A stretch of 46,367 nucleotides of DNA from Desulfuromonadales bacterium. Its GTDB lineage: Bacteria > Desulfobacterota > Desulfuromonadia > Desulfuromonadales > BM103. The notes under the pieces were generated by a model. That model ran no database searches and had not been told where the DNA came from. It was given only the letters and a program-made list of their open reading frames with translations. Position numbers and translations under genes: made by a program. Where the stretch lies: the NCBI GenBank assembly GCA_030630015.1, contig DAOVNV010000001.1, positions 1 to 46,367 on the forward strand. The letters are read 5' to 3'. Shown in pieces: positions 45,909 to 46,367 of this stretch (its first letter is position 1; the number at the start of each line of letters is the position of its first letter).

Positions 45909-46367
45909 GTGCGAAAAAAACCTATAGAACGTCACCAGACCCTCCGCGAGAAAATTCTGGAAACAATTCGGGACGCAATCCTCAAGGGCAGCCTCAAACC
46001 GGGTGAGCGGGTGTCTGAGCCTGACCTTGCAGAGCGCTTCGGTATCAGTCGTACGCCGATTCGCGAGGCGTTCCGGCAGCTGGAATCCGAGGGCTACCTC
46101 CAGGTGATCCCGCGTAAGGGGGCGGTGGTTGCGTCCCTCACCGAGCGGGATGTCGAGGAGTTTTACGCCATCAAGATCATCCTTGAGGGCTTCGCGGCCC
46201 GGATGGCGGCCGAACAGCTGTCCGATAAAGAGATCGAACGTCTCGAAACAATCAACCAGCGACTGCAGAAGCTTGCCGACGAGGGGGACGTCAAAAACTT
46301 CTTCAAGGTTCATGATGAGTTCCACGAGGTGTTCATCAAGGCTTCCGGCAACGAAAAACTGCTGGAA
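45909..46367 (+). CDS. GntR-family transcriptional regulator, FCD (FadR C-terminal domain) subfamily, 3' end truncated by the window
   Basis: The GTG start has GGAG 8 nt upstream. The winged HTH reads ERVSEPDLAERFGISRTPIREAFRQLESEGYLQVIPRKGAVV, followed by FCD-type helices. It is open to the window end and absent from the ORF track because it has no stop. The listed antisense ORF 45882..46325 is spurious. Confidence 0.85.
   Translation, partial: MRKKPIERHQTLREKILETIRDAILKGSLKPGERVSEPDLAERFGISRTPIREAFRQLESEGYLQVIPRKGAVVASLTERDVEEFYAIKIILEGFAARMAAEQLSDKEIERLETINQRLQKLADEGDVKNFFKVHDEFHEVFIKASGNEKLLE

Noticed and set aside
45882-46325. 147-aa minus-strand ORF at the right edge
   Set aside because: It is antisense to a clear GntR-family reading frame on the + strand (winged HTH motif, RBS, own promoter). 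The + strand gene is missing from the track only because it has no stop codon inside the window.

Overview
This window is the chromosomal replication-origin neighbourhood of a moderately GC-rich bacterium. Gene order resembles Geobacter/Desulfuromonas-type deltaproteobacteria, but that taxon call is inference only. The left half is mostly on the minus strand. It holds a CBS-domain cation:proton antiporter (+), the Tol-Pal operon (tolQ-tolR-tolA-tolB-pal-cpoB), DUF2064/folE2/queC, PBP1A (+), nth, an EEP-family protein, a cyclophilin, gpsA and a TPR protein, followed by gyrA-gyrB-recF-dnaN-dnaA. Diverging from dnaA on the plus strand are rpmH-rnpA-yidD-yidC-mnmE-mnmG-rsmG-parA-parB-bactofilin. 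These are followed by an ATP synthase operon without a/c subunits (b'-b-delta-alpha-gamma-beta-epsilon). The right end carries a convergent minus-strand run: an RCK K+ channel, a TIM-barrel isomerase, a DUF4492-like protein, cydA, cydB and an unlisted 30-codon cydX-like ORF. A divergent GntR/FCD regulator runs off the window end. I recognised no rRNA, tRNA, CRISPR array or mobile element, and nearly all coding content is housekeeping. I found no new protein-coding system. The second-look signals are non-genic: (1) a candidate oriC unwinding module (DnaA-trios plus boxes) in the dnaA-dnaN spacer; (2) perfect inverted DnaA boxes upstream of dnaA; (3) two remote clusters of three DnaA boxes at 8.2 kb and 13.2 kb; (4) a CGGGACG heptamer array shared by the leaders of folE2 and gyrA; (5) a perfect parS; (6) a 17-bp GntR-type palindrome at the regulator's own promoter with a near-copy in the atp operon leader; (7) a low-GC island covering recF-dnaN-dnaA; and (8) a 700-bp unassigned region at the left edge with an orphan terminator.
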